From: Methanobrevibacter sp. | GTDB taxonomy: Archaea > Methanobacteriota > Methanobacteria > Methanobacteriales > Methanobacteriaceae | Direction: 5' to 3' | NCBI GenBank assembly: GCA_017434555.1 | Contig: JAFRFB010000048.1 | Coordinates: 11,488-75,487 of the forward strand | DNA length: 64,000 nucleotides | Shown: in pieces, positions 21,318 to 31,188 of the stretch | How positions within the stretch are numbered: position 1 is the first letter of the stretch | Layout: every line of letters starts with the position of its first letter | The notes under the pieces: generated by a model | The model's database searches: none | What the model was told of the DNA's origin: nothing | Seen by the model: only the letters and a program-made list of their open reading frames with translations | Position numbers and translations under genes: made by a program

Positions 21318-24300
21318 ATGAATTATAAAAAATTATTATTAACCTTTTTAAGTATTGCAATAATATTAACATTTTCCTCAGCTGTAATGGCAGAGGATAA
21401 CCTTAGTAATTTTGGAAATACTATTGTTGTAGACGGCTCATCAGTTAACCAGATGAATGACCCGACGATTCAAACTGCAATTGATAGTGCAAATGCCGGA
21501 GATACGATTGAAATCACCGGTACTAAATACGAACACTGTCATTTTATAGTAGATAAGCAACTGACAATAGTCAGTAACGTAGGTACACAAATGAGTACCT
21601 GTCCATCAAATATCAAAGGTTCTGACGGAGTTGGAATATTCTACTTTAATGAAAATGCATCAGGATCAGTATTATCAGGATTTACCTTTTCAAATGATGC
21701 CGCTAAAAGAGGAAGCGTGGATCCATATGCAATATACATCAATGGTGCAAGCAACATCGAGATAACAGAGTGTAACATTAAAGAAGTTACAGACGGTCCG
21801 GGAATTTATGTAGTCAACGGTTCAGACATCAGTATAAATCATGACACCATTAAAAAATCAAATAAAGGAATTTATATAACCGACAGTAACGGCATCAGCA
21901 TAGCTCACTCCACAATAAATCAGAACCTGGAAGCGGGAATTTATTTTGGGGAAAATGTTGAAAATACAACAATTGTCGACAATACAATTTATTTGAATAA
22001 CTGGAAAGGAATATACTACGGATCCTGTGTGAACAGTAACGTTACAAGCAACAATATCTCAGACAACAGGGACAATAAAGTTCAGTCAAGAGCAACAGTA
22101 GGTGCCGGAATATACGTTGACTCACCAATGGAATATTTGAGAATCCGAGGAAACACCATCAGTCAAAATGGTCACTACGGAATATTCAACAGCTATCTGA
22201 CTGTCCCAAGTATAGACAAAGTAAAAAGCTATGATGATATTGAAAAAATACAGGAGATAGATGAAAACATCTTTGTAAGACACCTGACAAGATGTATTTA
22301 CACACAGCAAACAAAAGAGGGCGGAACTTACACGCTATATGTAAAAAGTAACTTTTACGCCATGGAAACATTCTGTCCAAGCACATACTATGAACCTGGA
22401 GTGCTTAGAAAAAGCAATGAAAGGGACTTGGTTTTCAGTGAAATAAAAGAGTCTGAACCCGGAATTTATAATATTTCATTTGTCAAAAAGAACACTGGAG
22501 AAATTGCAACATTCTTAAATACAACAAACGTTACATTTTTCCTGAATAAGGCTACAACAAAAGCAAGTATTGAGCCAAATGATCAGGCCAAAATCATTAC
22601 AGTAGTCAATGGAACTGCAACAGTTGATTTTACCGATGCAAAATATAAATCTAAAGGAAATACAATAACTGCAATAAGTATCGGTTACGGCGCAATCGAC
22701 GTTAAAGTAACGACTGACAGATTATCTGCAATCTATAATGTTCCAAACGAAAACATTCCAAACGGAACTGTCGTTTCAGAAACCCAATTGACTGGTGAAG
22801 ATTTAACAAAATACTGTGGAAATGAAAATCCGTATACAGTTACATTAATGGACGGTGACGGAAATTACCTGGCTAACCAGAAGATTATTTTAAATTTTAA
22901 TGGAATGAACTATACCAGAACAACAAATGAAAATGGTACCGCCAAATTAAACATTAACGTCAATCCTGGAGAATATAGAATAACGGCATTATTTAATGGA
23001 ACAGACGACTATCCTACATCAAATACAACTAATACAATCACAATATTATCCACAATTGACAGCAAAGACCTTACAAAAATGTATAGAAATGCTACCCAAT
23101 ATTCAGCCACATTTATGGATGGCGAAGGAAAGATATTAAAAAATCAGACTGTAACATTCAACATTAACGGAGTATTCTATGACCGGAGAACAAATGAAAA
23201 CGGTACCGCCAAATTAAACATTAACTTGGAACCTAAAGAATACATCATAACCGCATACAATCCCGTTACAAAAGAACAGAAAGCAAACAATATTACTGTA
23301 TTGTCATTAATAAGCGAAAACAAAGACATAGTGAAATATTTCCGTAACGGCACCCAGTATATTGTCAGGTTACTTGACGATAAAGGCAACCCGGTTAAAG
23401 CAGGAGAGGTTGTGACATTCAACATTAACGGAGTATTCTACGAAAGAAAGACTGATGACAGCGGATACGCAAGGTTAAACATTAACCTGGAGCCTAAAGA
23501 ATACATCATTACTGCTGAATACAAAGGATGCAGAGTGTCAAACAACATTAAAGTATTACCAACCTTAAGTGCTGAAGACATGGTAAAAGAATACGGCACC
23601 GTTGAACAGTTCAAAGTCAAATTGGTTGACGGTGAAGGAAAACCTGCAGACGGTGAAGTCATAACATTTAATGTTAATGGAGTATTCTACGAAAGAACAA
23701 CAAACAGCAGCGGAATAGCTGGATTGAACATCAGACTGCCTGTCGGCAAATACATAATAACCTCCATCTATAATGAAGCCACGATTGCAAATAGCATCGA
23801 AGTTTTAGAAACTTTGGAAGTTGCTCCCGGTTTATCAAATACACAGATTCAATCAATATTGGATTCCGTTACAAATAAAGTATCCGTTAAATTTATGGGA
23901 AGTGAATATTCAGACATTTCACTTAACATAAATAAAGCTATTTTATTTGATGGAAACGATGCAGTATTAAACGGTAAATTAGATTCTGATGTCATTACAG
24001 TTAACTGCGACAACACAATTATAGAAAATGCAAAAGTAAATGCGAATAATGGGTCTGGAATTGTATCAAAAAATGTAAAAAATACAGTCATTAAAAATAA
24101 TGAAATAATCAACAAAGCATCTCGAAGCAAAATTGATAGGTACAATTCTACTGAAGTCTTGTTTAAAGGAAATGCCATAGATGTTTCAGGGCAGAATACC
24201 AAAATTTTCGGCAATACGATTACTAAATTCAGAAACGGAATATACCTTAAAAATGCAGATACAACAACAATAAAAGAAAATAAAATATCTGAAAATAATT

Positions 24301-25127
24301 TCGGAGTGGAATTTGACACAAATGTTCAAAATACTGATATTTTAAACAATAATATTTCAAACCAACAGGGCTGGATTACATTTGATATGGTGGAAGGTCC
24401 TTACGGATACGGAATCAGTGTCAGACACTCAGGAATTAACATTAATATCATTGACAATCTGATTAATGAAAACTACATGGGAATATTTCTAGACTCTGCA
24501 AATTCATCAGGAATAGTCATCAGAGGAAATGAAATCAGGGAAAGTATCGTTGAAGGTTTTACCGCCAATGAAAATTATACCCCTGCAAGCGGAGCCACAT
24601 TAATTGTGGAAAACAATGCACTATACAACAATGCAAAAGGCCCAAGTTTAATGATTTTAGGAGAAGTCAGCGCAAATCCTGCAGGAATTTATGGTCCCGG
24701 AGAATGGGATGATGATTTAAAACTTCAATTAGGTCCGAACTGGTATGGAACAACAATATACACCAAATGGGGTGAAAACAACACAGGTCCCGGAACAATA
24801 TGTCCAAGAATAAAGACTACACTGATTGACTGTCAATTAACAAGCATAGGAGACGGAAAATATAATGTCAGCTTTGTTGATAAGGGTAAAATTGTATCCG
24901 AATTGCCGGATTTCACATACCACTTTACATTGAACGCATATACCGACTTACAGCAGGAAGTAATAGCTTATGCACATGATGGAGTGGCCACAATATCATT
25001 TGAAAAGAAAAACTTTAATTCAACAGGAAACATTATTGAAGGATCATCTGGTTCCCTATTTGACAGCGAAAGGCCATTCAGCGTGACATTTACTTACAAT
25101 GTTCCGGACTCCGAAATTCCAAAATAG
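21318..25127 (+). CDS. Large adhesin-like protein: two beta-helix modules flanking ALP/Ig repeats
   Basis: Signal peptide, IQTAIDSANAGDTI, central NINGVFY repeats, then a second beta-helix from IQSILDSV. Confidence 0.88.
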   Translation: MNYKKLLLTFLSIAIILTFSSAVMAEDNLSNFGNTIVVDGSSVNQMNDPTIQTAIDSANAGDTIEITGTKYEHCHFIVDKQLTIVSNVGTQMSTCPSNIKGSDGVGIFYFNENASGSVLSGFTFSNDAAKRGSVDPYAIYINGASNIEITECNIKEVTDGPGIYVVNGSDISINHDTIKKSNKGIYITDSNGISIAHSTINQNLEAGIYFGENVENTTIVDNTIYLNNWKGIYYGSCVNSNVTSNNISDNRDNKVQSRATVGAGIYVDSPMEYLRIRGNTISQNGHYGIFNSYLTVPSIDKVKSYDDIEKIQEIDENIFVRHLTRCIYTQQTKEGGTYTLYVKSNFYAMETFCPSTYYEPGVLRKSNERDLVFSEIKESEPGIYNISFVKKNTGEIATFLNTTNVTFFLNKATTKASIEPNDQAKIITVVNGTATVDFTDAKYKSKGNTITAISIGYGAIDVKVTTDRLSAIYNVPNENIPNGTVVSETQLTGEDLTKYCGNENPYTVTLMDGDGNYLANQKIILNFNGMNYTRTTNENGTAKLNINVNPGEYRITALFNGTDDYPTSNTTNTITILSTIDSKDLTKMYRNATQYSATFMDGEGKILKNQTVTFNINGVFYDRRTNENGTAKLNINLEPKEYIITAYNPVTKEQKANNITVLSLISENKDIVKYFRNGTQYIVRLLDDKGNPVKAGEVVTFNINGVFYERKTDDSGYARLNINLEPKEYIITAEYKGCRVSNNIKVLPTLSAEDMVKEYGTVEQFKVKLVDGEGKPADGEVITFNVNGVFYERTTNSSGIAGLNIRLPVGKYIITSIYNEATIANSIEVLETLEVAPGLSNTQIQSILDSVTNKVSVKFMGSEYSDISLNINKAILFDGNDAVLNGKLDSDVITVNCDNTIIENAKVNANNGSGIVSKNVKNTVIKNNEIINKASRSKIDRYNSTEVLFKGNAIDVSGQNTKIFGNTITKFRNGIYLKNADTTTIKENKISENNFGVEFDTNVQNTDILNNNISNQQGWITFDMVEGPYGYGISVRHSGININIIDNLINENYMGIFLDSANSSGIVIRGNEIRESIVEGFTANENYTPASGATLIVENNALYNNAKGPSLMILGEVSANPAGIYGPGEWDDDLKLQLGPNWYGTTIYTKWGENNTGPGTICPRIKTTLIDCQLTSIGDGKYNVSFVDKGKIVSELPDFTYHFTLNAYTDLQQEVIAYAHDGVATISFEKKNFNSTGNIIEGSSGSLFDSERPFSVTFTYNVPDSEIPK

Positions 25128-25137
25128 AAAAAATTAG

Positions 25138-25161
25138 AGATAGTAATTAACTTTACTATCT
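25138..25161. terminator. Bidirectional hairpin between convergent genes
   Basis: AGATAGTAA-TTAACT-TTACTATCT. Confidence 0.6.
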
Positions 25162-25168
25162 TATTAAC

Positions 25169-25738
25169 TTATTCATCGATTACTTCGTAGTAAGCCCCTT
25201 CAACACAAGGCCTGCATGCAGGCTTACCATCAACCATCAAATGACGGCCGTCAGTTACCTTATCGCCACAAATGGAACAGATTTCAGTGTTGTGTGGTTT
25301 ACCAGGCATTTGTGCTTCAGTTAATTCAACTTTAACTTTTTGCACATCAAACAGCTCTTCAGGAGGAGTGGTTTTAAACCTTTCAATCATTTCCTCACGG
25401 GTTTCTTTTTTCTTATCTTTTCTGTTAGCGTCAGCATCGATGATTCTTAAAGCTTCACCGGTATCCATATTATAGAATGTTGCTGCAAATTTACCGTAAT
25501 AAGCCTGTTTAAGTGAACGTTTACCCATTGAACATTTTGTAACTGCCTGAACAGCATCAGCCATACATCTGTCAATTTCCAAAATAACAATCAGGTTTTT
25601 ATGACGCGTGTTCAATTCCATGCCCATCAATTCCAAACCGTACATTGCGAGTTTAGTACCGATAGCTATTCCTCCACAGATTTCACCGTGGAATTCACCG
25701 GCCATTTTTAACTGTTCTTCATAATCTTTCTGATTCAT
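25169..25738 (-). CDS. fmdE: FmdE-family protein with C-terminal C4 zinc finger
   Basis: FHGEICGGIAIG, EIDRCMADAVQ and GKFAATF; CSICGDKV...ACRPC. Confidence 0.85.
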   Translation of the reverse strand: MNQKDYEEQLKMAGEFHGEICGGIAIGTKLAMYGLELMGMELNTRHKNLIVILEIDRCMADAVQAVTKCSMGKRSLKQAYYGKFAATFYNMDTGEALRIIDADANRKDKKKETREEMIERFKTTPPEELFDVQKVKVELTEAQMPGKPHNTEICSICGDKVTDGRHLMVDGKPACRPCVEGAYYEVIDE

Positions 25739-26529
25739 TTAATATCACCTAATTTTAAATTTGTTTTTAAAGGAACACAAACTTTCCTATTATCGTCAAT
25801 ATTTATTAATTTAACATCTATTGAATAAGCTTTTCTAAGGTTTTCCTCTGTTACCACATCATCAGGCTTTCCAAAATCTATAAATGATTTGTCTTTCATT
25901 ATAGCTACTTTCGTAGAGCTTAGAAATGCATGATCCGGAAAATGTGATGACATTATAATGGATAAACCTGATTTAGCCAGGTTATCAATTATTTCCAAAA
26001 GTTTTATCTGGTTTCCAAAATCCAGATGTGATGTCGGCTCATCCAAAATCAGTATATCCGGCTGCTGACACAATATTCTTGCCAGAAATACAAGCTGACG
26101 CTCACCGCCGCTTAAGTTAGTATACTCCTTATCCTTCAAATCCTCTATTCCCAAAGTTTTCAGGGCATTTAATGCAATTTCCTCATCTTCCTTTTTGGGA
26201 GTGTCTGTCAGATTCAAATAAGGAGCCCTTCCCATCAGTACAACGTCAAATACGGAAAATGGAAATGTGGGAATATGTGACTGCGGAATATAACCTATAT
26301 GTCTTGATATTTGAGCAAATGACAGGTCTTTAATATCCTTTCCGTCAATCAGTATTTCGCCGGAATCGATTTCATGAATCCTGTTAAGACATTTAATCAG
26401 CGTAGTTTTTCCGGTACCGTTGGGTCCGAGTATACATAATACATCCCCTTTATCAACCGAAAAACTGATATTGTCGAATATTAATTCATCATCATAGGAA
26501 AATGAAATGTTTTTAACGTCTAAGACCAT
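25735..26529 (-). CDS. FecE/BtuD-type ABC transporter ATPase
   Basis: GPNGTGKT, LSGGERQ, LDEPTSHLD and SSHFPDHA. Confidence 0.95.
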   Translation of the reverse strand: MVLDVKNISFSYDDELIFDNISFSVDKGDVLCILGPNGTGKTTLIKCLNRIHEIDSGEILIDGKDIKDLSFAQISRHIGYIPQSHIPTFPFSVFDVVLMGRAPYLNLTDTPKKEDEEIALNALKTLGIEDLKDKEYTNLSGGERQLVFLARILCQQPDILILDEPTSHLDFGNQIKLLEIIDNLAKSGLSIIMSSHFPDHAFLSSTKVAIMKDKSFIDFGKPDDVVTEENLRKAYSIDVKLINIDDNRKVCVPLKTNLKLGDIK

Positions 26530-27533
26530 TCTGAATACCCCCTTCTAAGCAAATAAAGGAAAATCGGAACACCTATGACTGCAGTCAATATGCCTATTGG
26601 AATTTCAATTGAAATCACGACTCTTGAAATGTTGTCAATCAACAGTAAAAAACTAGCACCGAGACTTAAGGATGCCGGAAGCAATACCTTGTTATCCGGT
26701 CCTACAATCATTCTTGCCATATGGGGAATAATCATACCGATCCATCCGATGATACCGCTTATGGATACTGCAGCAGAAGTCAATAATGTACATGCTGCAA
26801 TAATGATTAATCTGACTCTTGAAGGGTTTAAACCTAAGGACTGTGCTTCCTCATCACCCATGGCCAGTATGTTCATCTGCCATCTGAGCAAATAAAGGAT
26901 AATGAAACCTATAAACAAAGGAATGATAATCATGATTATTTCATTCATTGTGACGGATGCCAGACTTCCCATTAACCAGTATACGATTTCCGGCAGTTTG
27001 TCTTCAGGGTCTGCTATGAACTTTATTCCGGAAATCAGTGAGTTGAAAAATGCTGAAATTGCAACTCCTGAAAGTACCAAAATCAAAATTCCGCCGGCTT
27101 TATATGCCTTTGAAATCAGATAGGTTATTGAAACAGATATGATACCGAAAACAAAAGCGAAAAGTTGAATGACAACACTGGAACCGCTTAATAAAATAGC
27201 TAAAGCCGCCCCGAATCCTGCACCGTTTGATACGCCCAAAAGGTCTGAAGATACCAGCGGGTTTTTAAATATTCCCTGAAATGCCGTACCTGCCATTGCA
27301 AGTGAAGCTCCCACTAAAAGAGCCGCTAAAATTCTTGGAAGCCTGATTTGCCAAACAATAGTATTGACAGTGGATGAAACAGTTAACTGTGGGAAAAGCG
27401 GACTTAAAATCGTTTTGACTACATCAACAGGACTGATCGGATATCTTCCCATTAAAAAGGATGCGAAAAAAAGAATTATAGGTAAAAATACCAAAAGTAC
27501 CAGACTTATAATTTCTTTATTTTCCTTATCCAT
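26520..27533 (-). CDS. FecCD/BtuC-type ABC permease
   Basis: IRLPRILAA, FQGIFKNPLVS, GDEEAQSLGL and IGWIGMIIPHMAR. Confidence 0.95.
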   Translation of the reverse strand: MDKENKEIISLVLLVFLPIILFFASFLMGRYPISPVDVVKTILSPLFPQLTVSSTVNTIVWQIRLPRILAALLVGASLAMAGTAFQGIFKNPLVSSDLLGVSNGAGFGAALAILLSGSSVVIQLFAFVFGIISVSITYLISKAYKAGGILILVLSGVAISAFFNSLISGIKFIADPEDKLPEIVYWLMGSLASVTMNEIIMIIIPLFIGFIILYLLRWQMNILAMGDEEAQSLGLNPSRVRLIIIAACTLLTSAAVSISGIIGWIGMIIPHMARMIVGPDNKVLLPASLSLGASFLLLIDNISRVVISIEIPIGILTAVIGVPIFLYLLRRGYSEWS

Positions 27534-27542
27534 AAAATCATC

Positions 27543-28643
27543 CTAGAAATTCTCTTCTTTAAGGCCTGAATCTAGCAAGATCTGTTTTGCCTGTTCGTCT
27601 GATAAATCGAAGTGGTAGAAGTTTGAGTAAAACTCTTTTGTTGCACTTAACATGTCAATATCAGAATATTGGTCAGGATATATTACTTTTGCAGTCCAAG
27701 GAACACCGATAATCATATTTGCACCGACAGGTCTGTCAAACCATTTAAATGGAGACTGCGGTGATAAATACACTTCATGATTTTTAACTGCATTAATGCC
27801 TGCCCAGTTTGAATCGTTATAGACTTTTGCATAAAAATCAGGGTCAGTTGTAATGATAACATCCGGATTCCAGCTGATAACCTGTTCTATTGATACCTGA
27901 ACACCGCTGGTTGTATTTCCCTGACTTAATGAGTCAGCAACATTATTTCCTCCGACCAAATCAATCAGCTGTCCGTGAACAGAACCTGACGGGTTAGTTT
28001 TTAAACCGTCATTTCCTTCCGCATAATAAACGTTTTTCTTATCTGTTATTTGAGGGGATTTCTTGTGAACAATGTCCAAATACTTATCATTGAAATCCGT
28101 CAATTTTTTGGCATTGTCCTGTGCACCGATAACCTCGCCGATAAATGTAATGGATGCGTCAACTTTTTCAACGCTTGTAGTATCGTTTACTGCCACAACA
28201 GGAATTTTACCGAATTTTGTTTGTCTTTCATTGACTGTGGATAAATCTCCGTCGCCTCCCTCATCAATAGACTCTATAACAATGTCCGGTTCTGATGCTA
28301 TAAACTCCTCATAACTTCCGTCCTGAGTTCCATACCATCCGCCGATGTTTGGCAATCCCTGGTACTGTGAAGGAACATAAACCTTTTCACTATCGGTCCA
28401 CTCAAAATTCAGGGCAGTTAATTTTTCCGGAGCAATCATATAAACTACTGTAGTCATCGGAGGGGAAGTGGCAACAACTTTATTAAGTGAAGCGGGTATT
28501 TCAACAGCCCTGCCAATCATGTCTGTGATATTTTTAGCTCCTGAATTTTCAACAGTTAAAGGAGTTAAAAATAAATGAGTTGCAACCCCCGATACAATCA
28601 AAAGAGCTAAAATTAAAATAATAATTTTACTTTTCTTTTCCAT
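27543..28643 (-). CDS. Iron/siderophore/corrinoid-class (helical backbone) ABC substrate-binding protein
   Basis: N-terminal TM anchor, ITDMIGRAVEIP, EQVISWNPDVI and AVKNHEVY. Start set at ATG 28643. Confidence 0.9.
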   Translation of the reverse strand: MEKKSKIIILILALLIVSGVATHLFLTPLTVENSGAKNITDMIGRAVEIPASLNKVVATSPPMTTVVYMIAPEKLTALNFEWTDSEKVYVPSQYQGLPNIGGWYGTQDGSYEEFIASEPDIVIESIDEGGDGDLSTVNERQTKFGKIPVVAVNDTTSVEKVDASITFIGEVIGAQDNAKKLTDFNDKYLDIVHKKSPQITDKKNVYYAEGNDGLKTNPSGSVHGQLIDLVGGNNVADSLSQGNTTSGVQVSIEQVISWNPDVIITTDPDFYAKVYNDSNWAGINAVKNHEVYLSPQSPFKWFDRPVGANMIIGVPWTAKVIYPDQYSDIDMLSATKEFYSNFYHFDLSDEQAKQILLDSGLKEENF

Positions 28644-28765
28644 ATCAACCACATTATAACCTTTGATATGAATATTTATTCTCAACATATTAAATAATTT
28701 ACTAAATAGCTAAATTTAATTGAAATGAGAAAAATAATATATTATTGATAACAGGAGTTATAACT

Positions 28766-29515
28766 ATGAAAATCGAAGAAATTGATGCAATACATTACAA
28801 GAACAACAAAGCAAAGGAAGTAAAAGAAAATGTTGTTCAGGATGAAACAATCACGTTAACGATTAACGGAGACATTAGTCGTAGTTTATCAGCAATTGAA
28901 GACTCTCTTGAAGAGTTTGCTGTAGGATATATGTTTAATGAGAATATGGTTGATTCAATGGATGCGATAAAAGAGATTAAAATTGAAAAAAATCAGATTT
29001 ATGCTGAAATTGATGATACACTGCTTAAAACAAACGAAACCGTTTTATGTTCAGATTCTGCAGGAGGATGGAGAAGTAAAATCAAGACAGTAAAAGAAGT
29101 AAAATCCGATTTTCAGGTATCCGTTCATGAATTGATTGACAGGATCGAAGAACTTAAAGACAATGCCGAAATCTGGCAGGCAACAGGAGGAACTCACGTT
29201 GCAGGAATTGTCTATAATGACCAGTTTGTTGTTAAAGAAGACGTCAGCAGACATGTTGCAGTTGATAAAGTAATCGGTTACGGTCTTTTGCATGATTTTG
29301 ATTTATCAAATTCTTATGTGATTTACAGTGGAAGAATGCCTGCAGACATGGTTATTAAAATGACACGTGTCGGCGTTCCAATTTTAGCATCAAATGCCGC
29401 TCCTGCAAATTCCGGATATAATATAGCTAAAAAAGGTAATGTTACATTAGTCGGATTTTTACGCGGTGAAAGGTGTAATGTTTATAATAATCAAAATAGA
29501 GTAATTTTTGACTAA
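28766..29515 (+). CDS. fdhD: Formate dehydrogenase accessory sulfurtransferase FdhD
   Basis: LCSDSAGG, TGGTHVAG, EDVSRHVAVDKVIG and SGRMPADMV. Start at ATG 28766 after a GGAG RBS. Confidence 0.93.
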   Translation: MKIEEIDAIHYKNNKAKEVKENVVQDETITLTINGDISRSLSAIEDSLEEFAVGYMFNENMVDSMDAIKEIKIEKNQIYAEIDDTLLKTNETVLCSDSAGGWRSKIKTVKEVKSDFQVSVHELIDRIEELKDNAEIWQATGGTHVAGIVYNDQFVVKEDVSRHVAVDKVIGYGLLHDFDLSNSYVIYSGRMPADMVIKMTRVGVPILASNAAPANSGYNIAKKGNVTLVGFLRGERCNVYNNQNRVIFD

Positions 29516-29516
29516 A

Positions 29517-30107
29517 TTACTCTAATACAGTATGTCTTGCTTTTAAATCGCTTTCAGTTTGATGCATTTTCTCCATTAATTCTGATACAATTGCATCTAA
29601 AAATACAAGAGTGGTTAACTCGAAAGCGGTGCCTAAAGGAGTTAAAGAAGTATAATTTCCATGAATTTGACGTTTCATATAATTTTCATCATCAACTTCC
29701 TGTTTGGTCCTTCCTTTAACTAAAAGACAGGAATCGGATAATTTGCCTAAAGTTGATTCAGGATATGATGTAACCGCTAAAACTTTAGAACCTCTTTTTT
29801 TTGCAATTGTGGCTGCAGATACTATAGTATTAGTTTCACCTGAACCTGAAATTGCTACGATACAGTCATTTTCATAAATTGCTGGTGAAATAGTTTCTCC
29901 AACGACATAGGCACTTACACCCAAATGCATTAATCTCATTGCAAAAGCTTTTGCAGCAAGTCCTGACCTTCCAGCACCAGTAACAAAGACATTTTGTGAT
30001 TCAATAATAATATTTTCAAATTCATCGATGACATCTTCATCCAAAAATTCTTCAGCACTGACAATATTTCCTATAATAGCCTTGATTGAACTTTTCATTA
30101 ATTCCAT
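29517..30107 (-). CDS. hxlB: 6-phospho-3-hexuloisomerase (SIS domain)
   Basis: GAGRSGLAAKAFAMRLMHLG, ISGSGET and PLGTAFE. Confidence 0.93.
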   Translation of the reverse strand: MELMKSSIKAIIGNIVSAEEFLDEDVIDEFENIIIESQNVFVTGAGRSGLAAKAFAMRLMHLGVSAYVVGETISPAIYENDCIVAISGSGETNTIVSAATIAKKRGSKVLAVTSYPESTLGKLSDSCLLVKGRTKQEVDDENYMKRQIHGNYTSLTPLGTAFELTTLVFLDAIVSELMEKMHQTESDLKARHTVLE

Positions 30108-30164
30108 TATATCATTCCTAAAAACACTAGATTAAATATATGGTCATACTTTAATATATAATTA

Positions 30165-31034
30165 ATGAAACTTGAAAGTAGAGGGCTAATCAGTTTGGAG
30201 ATAAATGGTGAAATCTATGGTTATAAATTATACCAAAGTTTGGAATCATTGAACAGAACCCATTCCCAAAGAAAATCCGCTAAAGAATTAAATATCTCCC
30301 ATACTGTATTTAACAGAAGAATACTTAAAGCTGAAAATCAGTTAGGCATTAAATTGACTGAAAAGAAAGGAAACGGCAGTGTTCTTACAGATGATGGCAC
30401 GAGGCTTTTGGAAGAATACAGGAAATATTTAATTCAAATTGCCGAACCGGACAACATCAATATTGCCGGAGGCCATATCAGCTCCAGTCTTTTAGAAAGC
30501 ATTGATTTGCCATTCAATATTAACGTTTACAGCAGCACTGACGAAGACGCTTTCAAATTAGCCAGAAGAGGGGTTGTTGATTTATTGACATTGGATGATC
30601 CGTTAATTGCTTATGAAAGAGACATAAACTTTATTCCAATAGCTTATGACCATCTTGTTTTAATTTCAAGCCCTGATGCAGCCGAAGTTAGAAGCATTAA
30701 AGATTTAGACAACTTAAACTTTGTAAAAGTTGCAGGGTCAGCCCAAAGACTTGCCTGGAACAGTCTAAAGCATTACGATTTAAAATACAATATTGAATAC
30801 GAAGTTAATTCACAATTTGATGCTTTTAAACTTGTTAAAAATTCTAAAAATTTACACAGTTTCTTAAATGCCAGTTTTTTTAATGGAAATGACATATTAA
30901 AATTTGATACACGCCATGTAATCAGTTTAGTTAAAGTTAACGATGATGACCCTAAAACTGATGATTTTATTAATTATTTATTAACTAAAGCGCAAAAAGA
31001 CATTGAAAAACAAGGTTTTATTCCTATGGATTAA
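30165..31034 (+). CDS. ModE/LysR-type transcriptional regulator (wHTH + PBP-like domain)
   Basis: SQRKSAKELNISH...ILKAENQLGIKL...GSVLTDDG; C-terminal substrate-binding-like domain. Confidence 0.8.
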   Translation: MKLESRGLISLEINGEIYGYKLYQSLESLNRTHSQRKSAKELNISHTVFNRRILKAENQLGIKLTEKKGNGSVLTDDGTRLLEEYRKYLIQIAEPDNINIAGGHISSSLLESIDLPFNINVYSSTDEDAFKLARRGVVDLLTLDDPLIAYERDINFIPIAYDHLVLISSPDAAEVRSIKDLDNLNFVKVAGSAQRLAWNSLKHYDLKYNIEYEVNSQFDAFKLVKNSKNLHSFLNASFFNGNDILKFDTRHVISLVKVNDDDPKTDDFINYLLTKAQKDIEKQGFIPMD

Positions 31035-31188
31035 TACTCTTCAGACGCTCTCACCAACATTATTTATACTTCAAAAACAAATCATATATTACACCTCATC
31101 TTTAAGTTGTGAAATTTCATTCATATCAATATGGAATTTTGCAAATTATTAAATTAATACTAAATAAATACAAATAAAGGCGATAATT

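Noticed and set aside
31071-31097. Minus-strand GAGGTG RBS followed by a 4-codon ORF (MICF)
   Set aside because: Too short to support and no leader context; likely chance.
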